Assembly (NCBI GenBank): GCA_029907135.1
Contig: JARYMJ010000007.1
Span: 1-61,676, forward strand
Direction: 5' to 3'
DNA length: 61,676 nucleotides
From: Candidatus Saccharicenans sp.
GTDB taxonomy: Bacteria; Acidobacteriota; Aminicenantia; Aminicenantales; Saccharicenantaceae
Each line of letters opens with the position of its first letter. Position 1 is the stretch's first letter. Both the position numbers and the translations under genes were made by a program. The notes under the pieces were generated by a model. That model did not search any database, was not told the DNA's origin, and worked only from the letters and a program-made list of their open reading frames with translations. Positions 28,847-38,599 of this stretch are shown here, piece after piece.

Positions 28847-30103
28847 TTAAAATATTTCTCCCATTTCCTTCTTCAATTGCTCGGGTGTGATTTCAGCCAA
28901 GCCTGCGGCCCGGTTAAGATCCAGGATTTCCGAGGAAACGGCGTAATGCAGCAGGCGCCTGAATCTGGTCGGGTTTTCCTCGCCCGGGTATTCCACCGGC
29001 TCTTTCCACAGCCAGCCTTTTTCATTCATCATTTCCCGGAAAGAACGGAATCGCCTTTCGGTGACTAATTCCAGGTCGAGGGCTCGGCGCATGATGGCCT
29101 GCAGGGAAATTCCGTACCTCAACTTGAGTTCCGCCAGCTCGCTGAAGGCGATTTTGCGTCCAGCTGGCAGGAAATATTCTTCCAGGATTTTAGCCGGCAA
29201 CAGGAAGGCCGCCGCAAACCTGTTATAAAGCCTGATTATTTCCGGCTCGTTGACCAGGCCAAACATAACCTGAGCCAGCTCAGCTGCTGTTCTGAACCTG
29301 ATCCTGTCCACCGGCAAGCTCTTTTCCACCGCGATAAACGGCTGGCCGCGGTAGAAGCCGGACAGACTTTCAAATTTTTCCGGGCCGTCCAGCTTGAAGG
29401 TCTTGAGGCCGCGTTCTTCAAGAAAAGTCAGCAGGTTGACCACCGAGCCCGTGCCCAGGTCCCAGTGACGGCGGAGCTCGCCGGCGGCGCTTTCTGCCTC
29501 TTGTTCATTGCGGATTCTCATGGCCAGAGGCGGCTGAAACAGTTTTTCCTGGCGCAACAGCTTTTCCAGCCAGAGGTAGTTTTTCATTTTTTCGGAGAGA
29601 GTTAGTTTCAGGGCCAGAACCTGTTTACGAGGCAGACGGGGTTCAGGACGCAATTCTATTCCCTCTTCTGGAGTCAGGTCAGCCCAGGACTGCTTCAGGC
29701 GGAGGGCACGTTCGGCCGGAGTCTGGCTCAAATCATTATTATTTCGGGTGAAAGCCGGAACCGTAATTTCTTGGAATTTGATTTCCTGGCTTTGGAACCG
29801 GTCTTTCTCAGCACCTGGCAGCACGAAGGCTCTAACCTCAGCCTCCAACTCTTCGGGTTCCTCTGGTATCTCTTCAGGGATGTCAGGGGAAGGAGGGAGC
29901 TCGAGGACCTGGAGGAGGTGTTGAAGAACCTCGGGGGAGGGGCTGATCAGGCCTTTTTCATACTTGGCGATGGCCTGCCTGGTAACTATACCCCCGAGCT
30001 TCTGGGCCAGGTCCTCGAGGCTCAGACCGGCTCTTAATCTGGCTGCTCTCAATCTTATGGGAAAGGTTGGGTCTAACCCGGGTTTCGTGCTGCTATCGCC
30101 CAT
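28847..30103 (-). CDS. XRE-family HTH fused to an ImmA/IrrE (M78)-like domain with degenerate zinc motif
   Basis: RLRAARLRAGLSLEDLA..TRQAIAKYEKG HTH; DRIRFRTAAELAQ in place of R.RFT.AHELGH; NRFAAAFLLP; YGISLQA. Start at ATG 30103 after an AAGGA SD. Confidence 0.85.
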   Translation of the reverse strand: MGDSSTKPGLDPTFPIRLRAARLRAGLSLEDLAQKLGGIVTRQAIAKYEKGLISPSPEVLQHLLQVLELPPSPDIPEEIPEEPEELEAEVRAFVLPGAEKDRFQSQEIKFQEITVPAFTRNNNDLSQTPAERALRLKQSWADLTPEEGIELRPEPRLPRKQVLALKLTLSEKMKNYLWLEKLLRQEKLFQPPLAMRIRNEQEAESAAGELRRHWDLGTGSVVNLLTFLEERGLKTFKLDGPEKFESLSGFYRGQPFIAVEKSLPVDRIRFRTAAELAQVMFGLVNEPEIIRLYNRFAAAFLLPAKILEEYFLPAGRKIAFSELAELKLRYGISLQAIMRRALDLELVTERRFRSFREMMNEKGWLWKEPVEYPGEENPTRFRRLLHYAVSSEILDLNRAAGLAEITPEQLKKEMGEIF

Positions 30104-30116
30104 TTGTCCTTCTTTC

Positions 30117-30154
30117 AGTTGACAATATAAGCCTAAATATGACATTTGTCAACT
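30117..30154 (-). promoter_or_regulatory. sigma70 promoter embedded in an inverted-repeat operator for the XRE gene
   Basis: AGTTGACAA-N20-TTGTCAACT is a perfect 9-bp IR. The minus strand reads TTGACA (30152-30147)-N17-TATATT (30129-30124). Confidence 0.7.
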
Positions 30155-30516
30155 ATTTTTCTAATATTTTTTGGTATTTTTGTCCATTTAACAGATTAAA
30201 AATTTTTTTTAATACCTTGGCCGCCAGCCTTGGTAGAGATAGACCGACTAATTATAAGGAAACATGGACAGGACCAGGGTAATGTTAAAAAATAAAGTTT
30301 GGTTGTTTCCAGTTAGGGGCCGCGGGCTGCCCGGAAGCCGTTTTCGGGGTCCGGGATTTAGGCTTACTCTGGGGAGCGATTGTTCCGAGCTCCAGGCCCG
30401 GCCTGTGGTCATCGGCCAATTGAGTACGACCGCCGGCCCCGGTGCAACTAATTCATCTATTGAGTTTTATTATTAGTGTAGAAGGGTCAGGCTCCTGCGG
30501 TCAGGCTTAAGACTGA

Positions 30517-30545
30517 TTGACATAATTGAGGAGCTAACTTAAGAT
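30517..30545 (+). promoter_or_regulatory. sigma70 promoter for the pil/gsp operon
   Basis: TTGACA-N17-TAAGAT. Confidence 0.65.
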
Positions 30546-30574
30546 AATTCGGAAAGGCGAAAGCAAAGAATCAG

Positions 30575-31777
30575 ATGCCAGGTTTTATCTGCCGGGTCAT
30601 AACTTCCGATGGGCGTATCCTCAAAGAAACCGTCCAGGCGGCTTCGGTTGAGGATTGCCGGCGGAGGCTCGAAGCTGAGGGGCTATGTGTTCTGTCGGTC
30701 CGCAAAGAGTTCAGGTTGTCGCGGATTCATCTTTTCGGCCGCCAGATAAAGCCGGCTGAATTTATCCTTTTTAACCAGGAACTGGTTGCCCTGCTTAAGG
30801 CCGGTTACCCGGTGCTCAAAAGCCTGGAGCTGGTGGAAAAAAGGGTGGAGAACCACGTCCTGCTGGACATTATCAGAAAGGTCGAATCTGAGGTCAGGGG
30901 CGGAAGGACTTTGTCGGAAGCTTTTGCCCCTTATGAGAAGCTGTTTTCCAAAGTTTACACCGCTTCCCTGATGGCCGGAGAAAGGAGCGGCAACCTGCCG
31001 GGTTCTCTGGCCAGGTACATCCAGTATGCTAAGGTCATAGACCAGACCAGGAGCCGGGTGCGCTCGGCCCTGCTTTACCCGACATTACTGATAATTTTCT
31101 CGGCCGTGCTGATCGGCCTGCTGGTGGGCCTGGTCCTGCCCCGTTTTGCCACTTTCTATGCCGACTTCGGGGCCCAGCTTCCGGGCCTGACCAGGTTCCT
31201 GCTGAAGCTGGCCATTTTTATCAGAGCCAACCTGGGCTGGTTTGGACTGGTCCTGCTGGTCCTGGTGATAGTTTACCTGGTTTTCAGGAAAAAGATTGCC
31301 TTTATCCTTTTTCAGGACCGCCTGAAACTGCGCCTGCCTTTCTACCGTTTTCTCCTTCAAGAGTCGGCGGTAGCTCTGTACAGCCGGACCCTGGGCTTGC
31401 TGCTGGAAGCCGGAATAACCTTGCTGTCTTCAGTTTCGGTGGCGGCTTTTTCGGTTCCCAATCGTTTTATCGCTTCCAGGTTGCAAGCGGTGGCTGACAG
31501 TCTCAAAAACGGCTTGAGCCTTTATGATTCGCTCCAGGCAACGGAGGTCCTGCCCCAGCTGGCCCTGGATATGATCAGGATCGGGGAAAGTTCGGCCAAC
31601 CTCCCGGGGATGCTGGCCGGGGTGGCCGATTTTTATGATGACCGGCTGCGCGACCGGATTCAAACCCTGGTGGCTCTGATCGAACCGGTAATCATCATCT
31701 TTATCGGCCTGGTGGCTGCCGGCATGATATTATCGATATATCTGCCGATATTTAATATCATCAGGATAACGCGATAG
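30575..31777 (+). CDS. pilC: Type II secretion F / PilC platform protein
   Basis: AGERSGNL, SALLYP, IGESSANL, LIEPVII; two T2SSF repeats. Confidence 0.92.
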   Translation: MPGFICRVITSDGRILKETVQAASVEDCRRRLEAEGLCVLSVRKEFRLSRIHLFGRQIKPAEFILFNQELVALLKAGYPVLKSLELVEKRVENHVLLDIIRKVESEVRGGRTLSEAFAPYEKLFSKVYTASLMAGERSGNLPGSLARYIQYAKVIDQTRSRVRSALLYPTLLIIFSAVLIGLLVGLVLPRFATFYADFGAQLPGLTRFLLKLAIFIRANLGWFGLVLLVLVIVYLVFRKKIAFILFQDRLKLRLPFYRFLLQESAVALYSRTLGLLLEAGITLLSSVSVAAFSVPNRFIASRLQAVADSLKNGLSLYDSLQATEVLPQLALDMIRIGESSANLPGMLAGVADFYDDRLRDRIQTLVALIEPVIIIFIGLVAAGMILSIYLPIFNIIRITR

Positions 31778-31796
31778 AATAGAAGAGGAGGACGAT

Positions 31797-33407
31797 TTGC
31801 CAAAAGGTGAGACCAACGGGCTGCTGCTGGCCGAGGAGCTCGAAGCTAAAAAGCTGGCGGAAAAGTACCGCGTACCCTACCTGGACCTTAACAGCCAGGA
31901 GCTGGACCGTAATTTGGTGCAGTCTTTTCCGGTCGATTTTCTCTACCGCTACAATTTTGTCCCGCTGCATGATACCGGAAAAGTATTGCAGATAGCCATT
32001 GCCGATCCCTCCGACCTGTCGGCCATTGACAGCATAGAAGCTTATGCCGGGAAAAAAGTGGAGGTCTTTGCCGCCAGCCGAAGAGGTGTCCAAGAAGCGC
32101 TGCGGCGCAGCGAAGCCGCCGCTCAGGTATTGAAGGAGGCCACCGAAGGTTTTGTCCGCCAGGTGGTGGAAAAGGAAACCGGCGAGGAAGAGGATGTCAT
32201 CACCATCGAGAAATTGACCGAGCAGGATGGTTCCATCATCAAGCTGGTCAACACCATCATTTTCACCGCGGTTCAGAAAAGAGCCAGCGACATCCACATT
32301 GAATCCAAGGAAAATTTCGTCCGGGTCAAGTATCGCATCGATGGGGTTCTGACCGAGGCCATGGAACCACTCGACCGCCAGTTCCAGTCGCTCATCATTT
32401 CCCGGGTCAAGATCATGTCCGACCTGGATATTTCCGAAAGGCGCGTTCCCCAGGACGGTCGCTTCCGCCTGAAAATCAAGGATAAGACCATAGATTTCCG
32501 GGTATCCATCATGCCCTGTATCTACGGCGAAGATGCGGTCATCCGGATCCTGGACAAGGAGATGATCACCGAGGCCTTTGCCGAGCTGCGCCTGGACCTG
32601 CTGGGCTTCTCTGATTATGTTCTGCGTAAATTCCGCCGCTACATCTACCAGCCTTACGGCATGGTCCTGGTAACCGGGCCGACCGGCAGTGGCAAGACCA
32701 CCACGCTCTATGCGGCTTTGACCGAAATCAAGTCGCCCGAGGATAAAATCATCACCATTGAAGACCCGGTTGAATACCAGATTGAAGGTATCACCCAGAT
32801 TCAGGTTAATGAGAAAAAAGGGCTGACCTTTGCCCGCGGCCTGAGGTCGATTCTGCGCCATGACCCGGATAAAATCATGGTGGGTGAAATCCGGGACACG
32901 GAAACTGCCCAGATTGCCATCCAATCAGCCCTGACCGGGCACCTGGTCTTCACCACTGTTCATGCCAATAACGTTTTCGATGTTATCGGCCGGTTCCTGC
33001 ACATGCAGGTCGATCCCTACAGCTTCATTTCGGCTCTGAACTGTATCCTGGCCCAACGCCTGGTTCGCGTCCTCTGCCCCCGCTGCAAAGCCGCAGTAAA
33101 ATATGATGACCTCACCCTGGAACTGTCTGGCCTGGACCCGGAAAAATACCGGGAAGTAACCTTTTACGAACCACGGGGCTGTGCCGATTGCCACGGAACC
33201 GGTTACAAGGGCCGGACAGCCATTGCCGAACTCCTGGAGCTGTCGGATAATATCAGGGAAATGATTCTGGCCAGGAAGCCCCTGTCGGAGGTGAAGAAGG
33301 TAGCCCAGGAGGAGGGGATGATTCCGCTGCGTCAGGCTGGCCTGGATAAGGTTCTTTCCGGTGTCACCAGCCTGAAGGACCTGAATAAAGTTACTTTCGT
33401 CGAGTGA
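31797..33407 (+). CDS. pilB: GspE/PilB assembly ATPase
   Basis: ASDIHIE, PQDGR, GPTGSGKTTT, EDPVEY, LRHDPD, CxxC..CxxC zinc site. Confidence 0.95.
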   Translation: MPKGETNGLLLAEELEAKKLAEKYRVPYLDLNSQELDRNLVQSFPVDFLYRYNFVPLHDTGKVLQIAIADPSDLSAIDSIEAYAGKKVEVFAASRRGVQEALRRSEAAAQVLKEATEGFVRQVVEKETGEEEDVITIEKLTEQDGSIIKLVNTIIFTAVQKRASDIHIESKENFVRVKYRIDGVLTEAMEPLDRQFQSLIISRVKIMSDLDISERRVPQDGRFRLKIKDKTIDFRVSIMPCIYGEDAVIRILDKEMITEAFAELRLDLLGFSDYVLRKFRRYIYQPYGMVLVTGPTGSGKTTTLYAALTEIKSPEDKIITIEDPVEYQIEGITQIQVNEKKGLTFARGLRSILRHDPDKIMVGEIRDTETAQIAIQSALTGHLVFTTVHANNVFDVIGRFLHMQVDPYSFISALNCILAQRLVRVLCPRCKAAVKYDDLTLELSGLDPEKYREVTFYEPRGCADCHGTGYKGRTAIAELLELSDNIREMILARKPLSEVKKVAQEEGMIPLRQAGLDKVLSGVTSLKDLNKVTFVE

Positions 33408-34306
33408 GTTTGATGGGATTGCGAGACGGTCTTAGACGGTATTTCCTGGAACAGCCCAGGCCCGCGGCTGTTTTCCAGATTGCCCCAAGCTATTTTGCTG
33501 CCCTGAAGCCCGGGGAGGAAGCCGAAATAACTGCGGATGATTACGTTTACTTTCCGGTCCCTACCGGCCTGGTTGAAGCGCAGCTTGTTCAGAAAAACAT
33601 AGTTCAGCCGGGACTGTTGCAGGAACTGGTAAAAAAGGTCTGGAGAAAATTCCGGCCCCGGGGCCATTCGGTTACCGTTATTCTGCCCGAAATGAGCACC
33701 CGAGTTTTTATCTTCGCTCTGGAAAGTGCCAGTCTGACCCCGGCCGAACAGGTTCGATTCATAGAGTGGCGTCTGTCGCATCAGCTGTCACGCCCCCTGG
33801 ACCAGGTTCGCTACTCCTACCAGACTTTTAACGCTGCCGGACAGCGCAAGGTGCTGGTGGTTTGTACCGGTGAAGAAGTGGCTGGCGAATATGAAGCCCT
33901 ATTCAATGACCATAAATTGAAACCGGGAAAGCTGACCATTCCCTCGCTTTCGGTCCTGAACCTGATTGCCAGGAGCGGACTCCTGGACGGAGATTTTTTG
34001 CTGGTGGATGCCGACCTTGATTATCTCAGCCTGATCGGCGTCCTGGATGGCCTCCCCTACCTTTACCGGCAGAAACAACTCTGGCCGGATAACGAGACCA
34101 GCCGGACGACCATCCTGAAAGAAACTGAAAACACAGTGCATTTCATCGAAGATAAGACCAGGAAGAAGCTGGCCACGGTCTATCTCAGGTCGAACCTGGA
34201 AAACCCGGTCTGGCTGATGACTGAAATGGAAAAGTTGCTCGGCCTGGAAATAAAAGAGGTGATGAGCGAGAAACAGTTTCTGGCGCCGCTAGTCGGAGGG
34301 CAATGA
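33404..34306 (+). CDS. PilM-like alignment protein
   Basis: Position after the ATPase, size, actin-like pattern; weak motif support. Confidence 0.6.
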   Translation: MSLMGLRDGLRRYFLEQPRPAAVFQIAPSYFAALKPGEEAEITADDYVYFPVPTGLVEAQLVQKNIVQPGLLQELVKKVWRKFRPRGHSVTVILPEMSTRVFIFALESASLTPAEQVRFIEWRLSHQLSRPLDQVRYSYQTFNAAGQRKVLVVCTGEEVAGEYEALFNDHKLKPGKLTIPSLSVLNLIARSGLLDGDFLLVDADLDYLSLIGVLDGLPYLYRQKQLWPDNETSRTTILKETENTVHFIEDKTRKKLATVYLRSNLENPVWLMTEMEKLLGLEIKEVMSEKQFLAPLVGGQ

Positions 34307-34881
34307 TGTCCGGGAGACACAACCGGAACGGCTGGAGCCTGATCCTCAACCTGGCTCGCGCCCCCCGGCGCAACCGTCGACTTTATCGCTGGCTGCTCGT
34401 CGGACTCAGCCTGGGACTGCTGGCAGCGGTGGCCGGGCTGGTACTATTAAACCTGAATGGTCTGACCCGGTTCCACGGCCTGAGGCAGTCTAACCAGGTC
34501 CTCAAGGAGAAAAAAGCCAGTCTGGCTTCCGAGACCCGCCAGCTGAGCCGGGAAGTGGAAAACCTGCGGCGTCTTTACCGCGAACCTGTGGACGAGATAA
34601 ACAGTCTCCTCGACCGGAGGGCTTTTTCCTGGGTCATCTTTTTCAACCGGATGGAAGCTGGACTGCCGCCAGGAAGCTACCTGCTGGCCTTGAATCCACC
34701 CACTTCCGTAGCCAGCCGGGAATTCAAGCTGAGGGTAGCCCTGGGCAGCCGGGAAGAACTGGGCCTGCTCATCAAAAACCTGCAGCTTCAGAATTTCAGC
34801 GAGATCAGGGTGCTCAATGAAAATTATCAGAACAATAAATTTCAGGTGGAGATGGTGTTAAAAGATGTCAGCCTGGAGTGA
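34303..34881 (+). CDS. PilN-like protein
   Basis: LNLA motif before a single TM, coiled coil, FSW..FF..ME..LP. Confidence 0.7.
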   Translation: MMSGRHNRNGWSLILNLARAPRRNRRLYRWLLVGLSLGLLAAVAGLVLLNLNGLTRFHGLRQSNQVLKEKKASLASETRQLSREVENLRRLYREPVDEINSLLDRRAFSWVIFFNRMEAGLPPGSYLLALNPPTSVASREFKLRVALGSREELGLLIKNLQLQNFSEIRVLNENYQNNKFQVEMVLKDVSLE

Positions 34882-35434
34882 ATTCTTAAATCCAGAAGAA
34901 AGGAAACGGCTGTCAGGACTAAGCCTGGCCCTGGCCGTGGCCCTGCTGCTGGTCATCGCCTCTCTTTTCTTCTGGAGTTACCGGCTTGATGGCCTCAGGG
35001 CTGAAGCCAGGCGGCTGACAGCTGAACTGGAAAAAATCGGCGCTCAGAAGGAACAGGCCAGGATAGAATTCCAGAGCTGGCAGGAAACCCGTAAGGACCT
35101 GGAGGAGATGGAAACCACTGCTTTTTACTCCGGGAGCGGAGGCCAGGAAACTTTCCGCCAGGACCTGAGAGACCTGTTTAAGCAAGCCGGCTTGCCAGTG
35201 CCGGCCATTAGTTATCAGTATGATGATACCGGAAAAAAGCAATTCCGGAGGCTGGCGGCGTCCTTTGCCCTGAGGTTTTCTTACCCGTCCTTCAAGAGGT
35301 TCCTGTACCGGGTGGAGACCTGGCCCCGGCTGCTCGTTATCGATCAGATTAATTTCCAGAAGATTGATAATGCTTCAGGGGCCCTGGACCTGAGAATCAC
35401 CCTGTCCGGCTATTACCATGAAAAAGAGAAATAG
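34865..35434 (+). CDS. PilO/GspM-like protein
   Basis: Single TM, coiled coil, SYPSFKRFLYRVE..PRLLVID. Confidence 0.7.
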   Translation: MSAWSEFLNPEERKRLSGLSLALAVALLLVIASLFFWSYRLDGLRAEARRLTAELEKIGAQKEQARIEFQSWQETRKDLEEMETTAFYSGSGGQETFRQDLRDLFKQAGLPVPAISYQYDDTGKKQFRRLAASFALRFSYPSFKRFLYRVETWPRLLVIDQINFQKIDNASGALDLRITLSGYYHEKEK

Positions 35435-35939
35435 AATTCCAATCGAGAGGGCTACGAGCCGGCGGCTGCTGGCCGGTTTTCTGGTTATCCTGCTTTTTAT
35501 TCCGGTGGCCGCTAAAGCCATGGCTCCCGGTCCGCAGGCCAATAAATCTGCAGCAGAAGCCAGGGCTGTGAGCTCATTCATCAAGAAAGAGCTGTTGACG
35601 AGATTGAAACCGGAAATGGCCAGTGTCAAACGGGATCCATTCCGACCGGTCCCGGCCGGGGGGCCGAGAATGGCAGTACCAAGGGCGGTGCCTTCAGAAA
35701 CCGACAACCGCCCGCCAAAGCCTGTCTCCATCCTGGAAAAACTGAGTCTCAGTTGCTCTGGTCTGGTGACTTCGGGCAATAAAAAGATAGCCCTGATTCT
35801 GGTTGACGGCCAGGCCATTACCCTGGCCGAAGGGGAGGAGTTAATTCCCGGCATCAGGCTGACAAAAATATCCGCCGATGAGGTCATTTTCCAGGATGAC
35901 CAGGGCAATTCCAGGAAGGTCCGGGTAAAGGAGAGATAG
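35418..35939 (+). CDS. PilP/GspC-like protein
   Basis: KRDPF motif and a C-terminal beta domain (GLV..KIALILV..EGEEL..KIS). Confidence 0.65.
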   Translation: MKKRNRIPIERATSRRLLAGFLVILLFIPVAAKAMAPGPQANKSAAEARAVSSFIKKELLTRLKPEMASVKRDPFRPVPAGGPRMAVPRAVPSETDNRPPKPVSILEKLSLSCSGLVTSGNKKIALILVDGQAITLAEGEELIPGIRLTKISADEVIFQDDQGNSRKVRVKER

Positions 35940-35940
35940 G

Positions 35941-38085
35941 ATGAAAAAGATGGTTTGGGCCAAGATAAGGTGGTTGGGTCTGGTCCTGCTTCTGGGGAGC
36001 AGCCTGGCCTGCGTGTCTTTCAGCCCCGCTTACAAGCAGGGCAACCAGGCCGAAATGAACAAGGATTATGATGAGGCCATCAAGTATTACGAGCAGGCCT
36101 TGATTCAAAACCCCAAGGAAACGGTTTACCGCCTGGCCCTGTTCCGGGCCAAGGCCGCGGCGGCCATCAGCTCGGTGGAAAAGGCCAGGCAACTTCTCAG
36201 CGAGGGCCAAAAAGATGAAGCCCTCAATGCCTACAAGAAAGCCCTGTCTTACGACCCCAGCAACCGGCTGATCCTGGAGGAGTACCGGAAGGTGGCCGGC
36301 TTGAAACCACCAGTTGAGGAGAAAAGGCGGGAAATTGTAATCGAGCAGCCGGTCAAATTGAAAGCTCCGGCCGAGAAGCTCAAGCTGAGATTTACCGACG
36401 CTTCCCTCAAAGCAATTTTCCAGGCTGTCGGCCGGTTCACTGGCATCAATTTTCTGTTTGATGAGCAGTTCCGCGACCTCCCGGTCAGCATCGACCTGAC
36501 CGACATGACCCTGGAGCAGGGTCTTAATTCGCTCTGCCTGAGCGGCCGGGCTTTTTACCGGATTATCGACGAAAAAACGGTCATCATCGTTCCGGACAAT
36601 CCCCAGAAGCGCAATCAATATGAAATCAATGCCATCAAGACCATCTATCTTTCCAACCTGAACGCCCAGGATGTCCAGAACTCGCTGGTCTCTATTTTGA
36701 GAACGCAGTATAAAGCTCCAACCATCATCGTGGATAAAAACCGCAACTCCATAACCATAAGGGACAACCCGCGGATTGTGGCCCTGGCCGAGAAGATGCT
36801 CCGCAGCTGGGACAAGCCCAAGGGCGAGGTGGTGATTGACCTGGAAATCATGGAGGTTTCCAGGCAGAAACTGCAGACCCTGGGGACGCAATTCGGTCAG
36901 AGTTATGCTGGCCTCAGGTACACCGGGGCCGAACTGCCCGAAAGCGGCTGGCTACCACTAGAAGGCATAGATTTCTCCCTGGCTGGAAATTACCAGATCA
37001 CCCTGCCCTCGGTGCTGCTGCAATTCCTGGAAACCGATACTGACACTAAGATCATTGCCCAGCCCAGGTTGCGGGGAGTGGACTCCGAGCAGATCAATTA
37101 CATGGTCGGGCAGAAAGTACCCATTCCCCAGACTACCTTTTCGCCGATCGCCGCCGGCGGCGTCAGCCAGCAGCCGATTGTTTCCTACACCTACCAGGAT
37201 GTGGGCATCGAAGTCAATATCAAGCCTCGCCTTCACCAGGAAAAAGAGGTCAGCCTGGAGCTGGAAATAAAAATCACTTCGATCGGCGGCAAGGGCATTG
37301 CCGACATCCCGATAATTTCCACCCGCGAAGTGAAAAATGTAATCAGGCTTAGGGATGGAGAAACCAACCTGCTGGCCGGGTTGCTCCGGGACGAAGAGAG
37401 AAAGTCACTCAAGGGCATCGCCGGGCTAAAAAACCTGCCTATCCTGGGCAACCTGTTTTCCAGCACTGACCGGACGGTGGAGCAGACCGATGTGATCCTG
37501 ACCATCACCCCGCACATTATCAGGACGATGCCACTCACCGATGAAGACGGCAAGCCGCTGTGGATAGATAATGAAGCCATGGCCTTCAGCACAGCTCAGG
37601 CCGGAGTGCCGGAAGAAGTCATGGTCAGCGAGGAAGAAATTACCCCAGAAGCTATGGCCGAAGCCGGCCCGGGGATGAGCACCATCAGTTTTATGCCGGG
37701 GCGGGCTGAAGTTCCGGTAAAGAATACTTTCAATGTCACCCTGGAGTTGAATTCCCCGGCAGATATTACATCTCTTTCAATGAACCTGAGTTTCGACCCC
37801 AAGCTGCTGCGGCTGAGGGAAATCCAGAGGGGCGATCTGGTGGCCCAGCTGGGAGGCCGGGGTTCTTTCCTGCAGAATATCAGCCCGGGCGGAGGGGTAG
37901 CGGTGGTGGGCTTTTCCTCTCCTTCGCCGGCTACCGGCGTCAGGTCGGGCAGCCTGGCCACTCTGGTCTTTGAGACTTTAGCGGCTGGGGAAACCCGGGT
38001 GGTAATAGCCTCGGTGCAGGCTCTGGGGGTCCAGGGCCGGCCGGTAAGCTTGGCCGGCGGCGAGCTGGAAGTCATAATACGCTAA
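35941..38085 (+). CDS. Secretin (GspD/PilQ family) lipoprotein with TPR and C-terminal cohesin-like domain
   Basis: Lipobox SLAC, TPRs, secretin core (QDVGIEV, DGETNLLAGL, LPILGNLF), C-terminal LSFDPKLL...GSLATLVF. Confidence 0.9.
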   Translation: MKKMVWAKIRWLGLVLLLGSSLACVSFSPAYKQGNQAEMNKDYDEAIKYYEQALIQNPKETVYRLALFRAKAAAAISSVEKARQLLSEGQKDEALNAYKKALSYDPSNRLILEEYRKVAGLKPPVEEKRREIVIEQPVKLKAPAEKLKLRFTDASLKAIFQAVGRFTGINFLFDEQFRDLPVSIDLTDMTLEQGLNSLCLSGRAFYRIIDEKTVIIVPDNPQKRNQYEINAIKTIYLSNLNAQDVQNSLVSILRTQYKAPTIIVDKNRNSITIRDNPRIVALAEKMLRSWDKPKGEVVIDLEIMEVSRQKLQTLGTQFGQSYAGLRYTGAELPESGWLPLEGIDFSLAGNYQITLPSVLLQFLETDTDTKIIAQPRLRGVDSEQINYMVGQKVPIPQTTFSPIAAGGVSQQPIVSYTYQDVGIEVNIKPRLHQEKEVSLELEIKITSIGGKGIADIPIISTREVKNVIRLRDGETNLLAGLLRDEERKSLKGIAGLKNLPILGNLFSSTDRTVEQTDVILTITPHIIRTMPLTDEDGKPLWIDNEAMAFSTAQAGVPEEVMVSEEEITPEAMAEAGPGMSTISFMPGRAEVPVKNTFNVTLELNSPADITSLSMNLSFDPKLLRLREIQRGDLVAQLGGRGSFLQNISPGGGVAVVGFSSPSPATGVRSGSLATLVFETLAAGETRVVIASVQALGVQGRPVSLAGGELEVIIR

Positions 38086-38294
38086 TCCTGAATATTCCCC
38101 CCTGCCATCTGCCGGATAAAGCGAGGAAAAGTAGGTCCGCGGTCTTCTTGAATTAATCTGAGCTTGGCCGGCATTCGGTTTCCTGTCATTGTAAGATATA
38201 ATAAACAGGTTGGCCTGGAGGCTTAATAGGAGGATTTGGGTAAAATAGAATTTTATCTCCCGGCCATTAGGTTCGGTGGAGGAGACAGACTCTG

Positions 38295-38573
38295 TTGGTA
38301 AGAATCAAAGTCAAGTTTTTTGCCTATTTCAGGGAAGTGTTCGGCGCCAGGGAGAAGGAGCTGGCGGTAGAAAAGGGCACGACCCTGGCTGAGCTGCTAC
38401 AGAAGGTCATAGAGACGCCGCAGCAGGAAAAGGAGCTTCTGGCCGGAGGCCGGCTCAAGCCCCAGGTGGTGATCATGATTAACGGGTCAGTCGTGCCCCC
38501 GGAGGCTTTAGAATCGAGGCGGCTGGAGGATAACTCGGTGGTGGCTGTCTTCCCGATGATGGGTGGCGGCTGA
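38295..38573 (+). CDS. MoaD/ThiS ubiquitin-like sulfur carrier
   Basis: KVKFFAYFRE, MING, C-terminal FPMMGGG. Confidence 0.88.
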   Translation: MVRIKVKFFAYFREVFGAREKELAVEKGTTLAELLQKVIETPQQEKELLAGGRLKPQVVIMINGSVVPPEALESRRLEDNSVVAVFPMMGGG

Positions 38574-38599
38574 AACATTCAGTTCGTATCATCCCTTCT

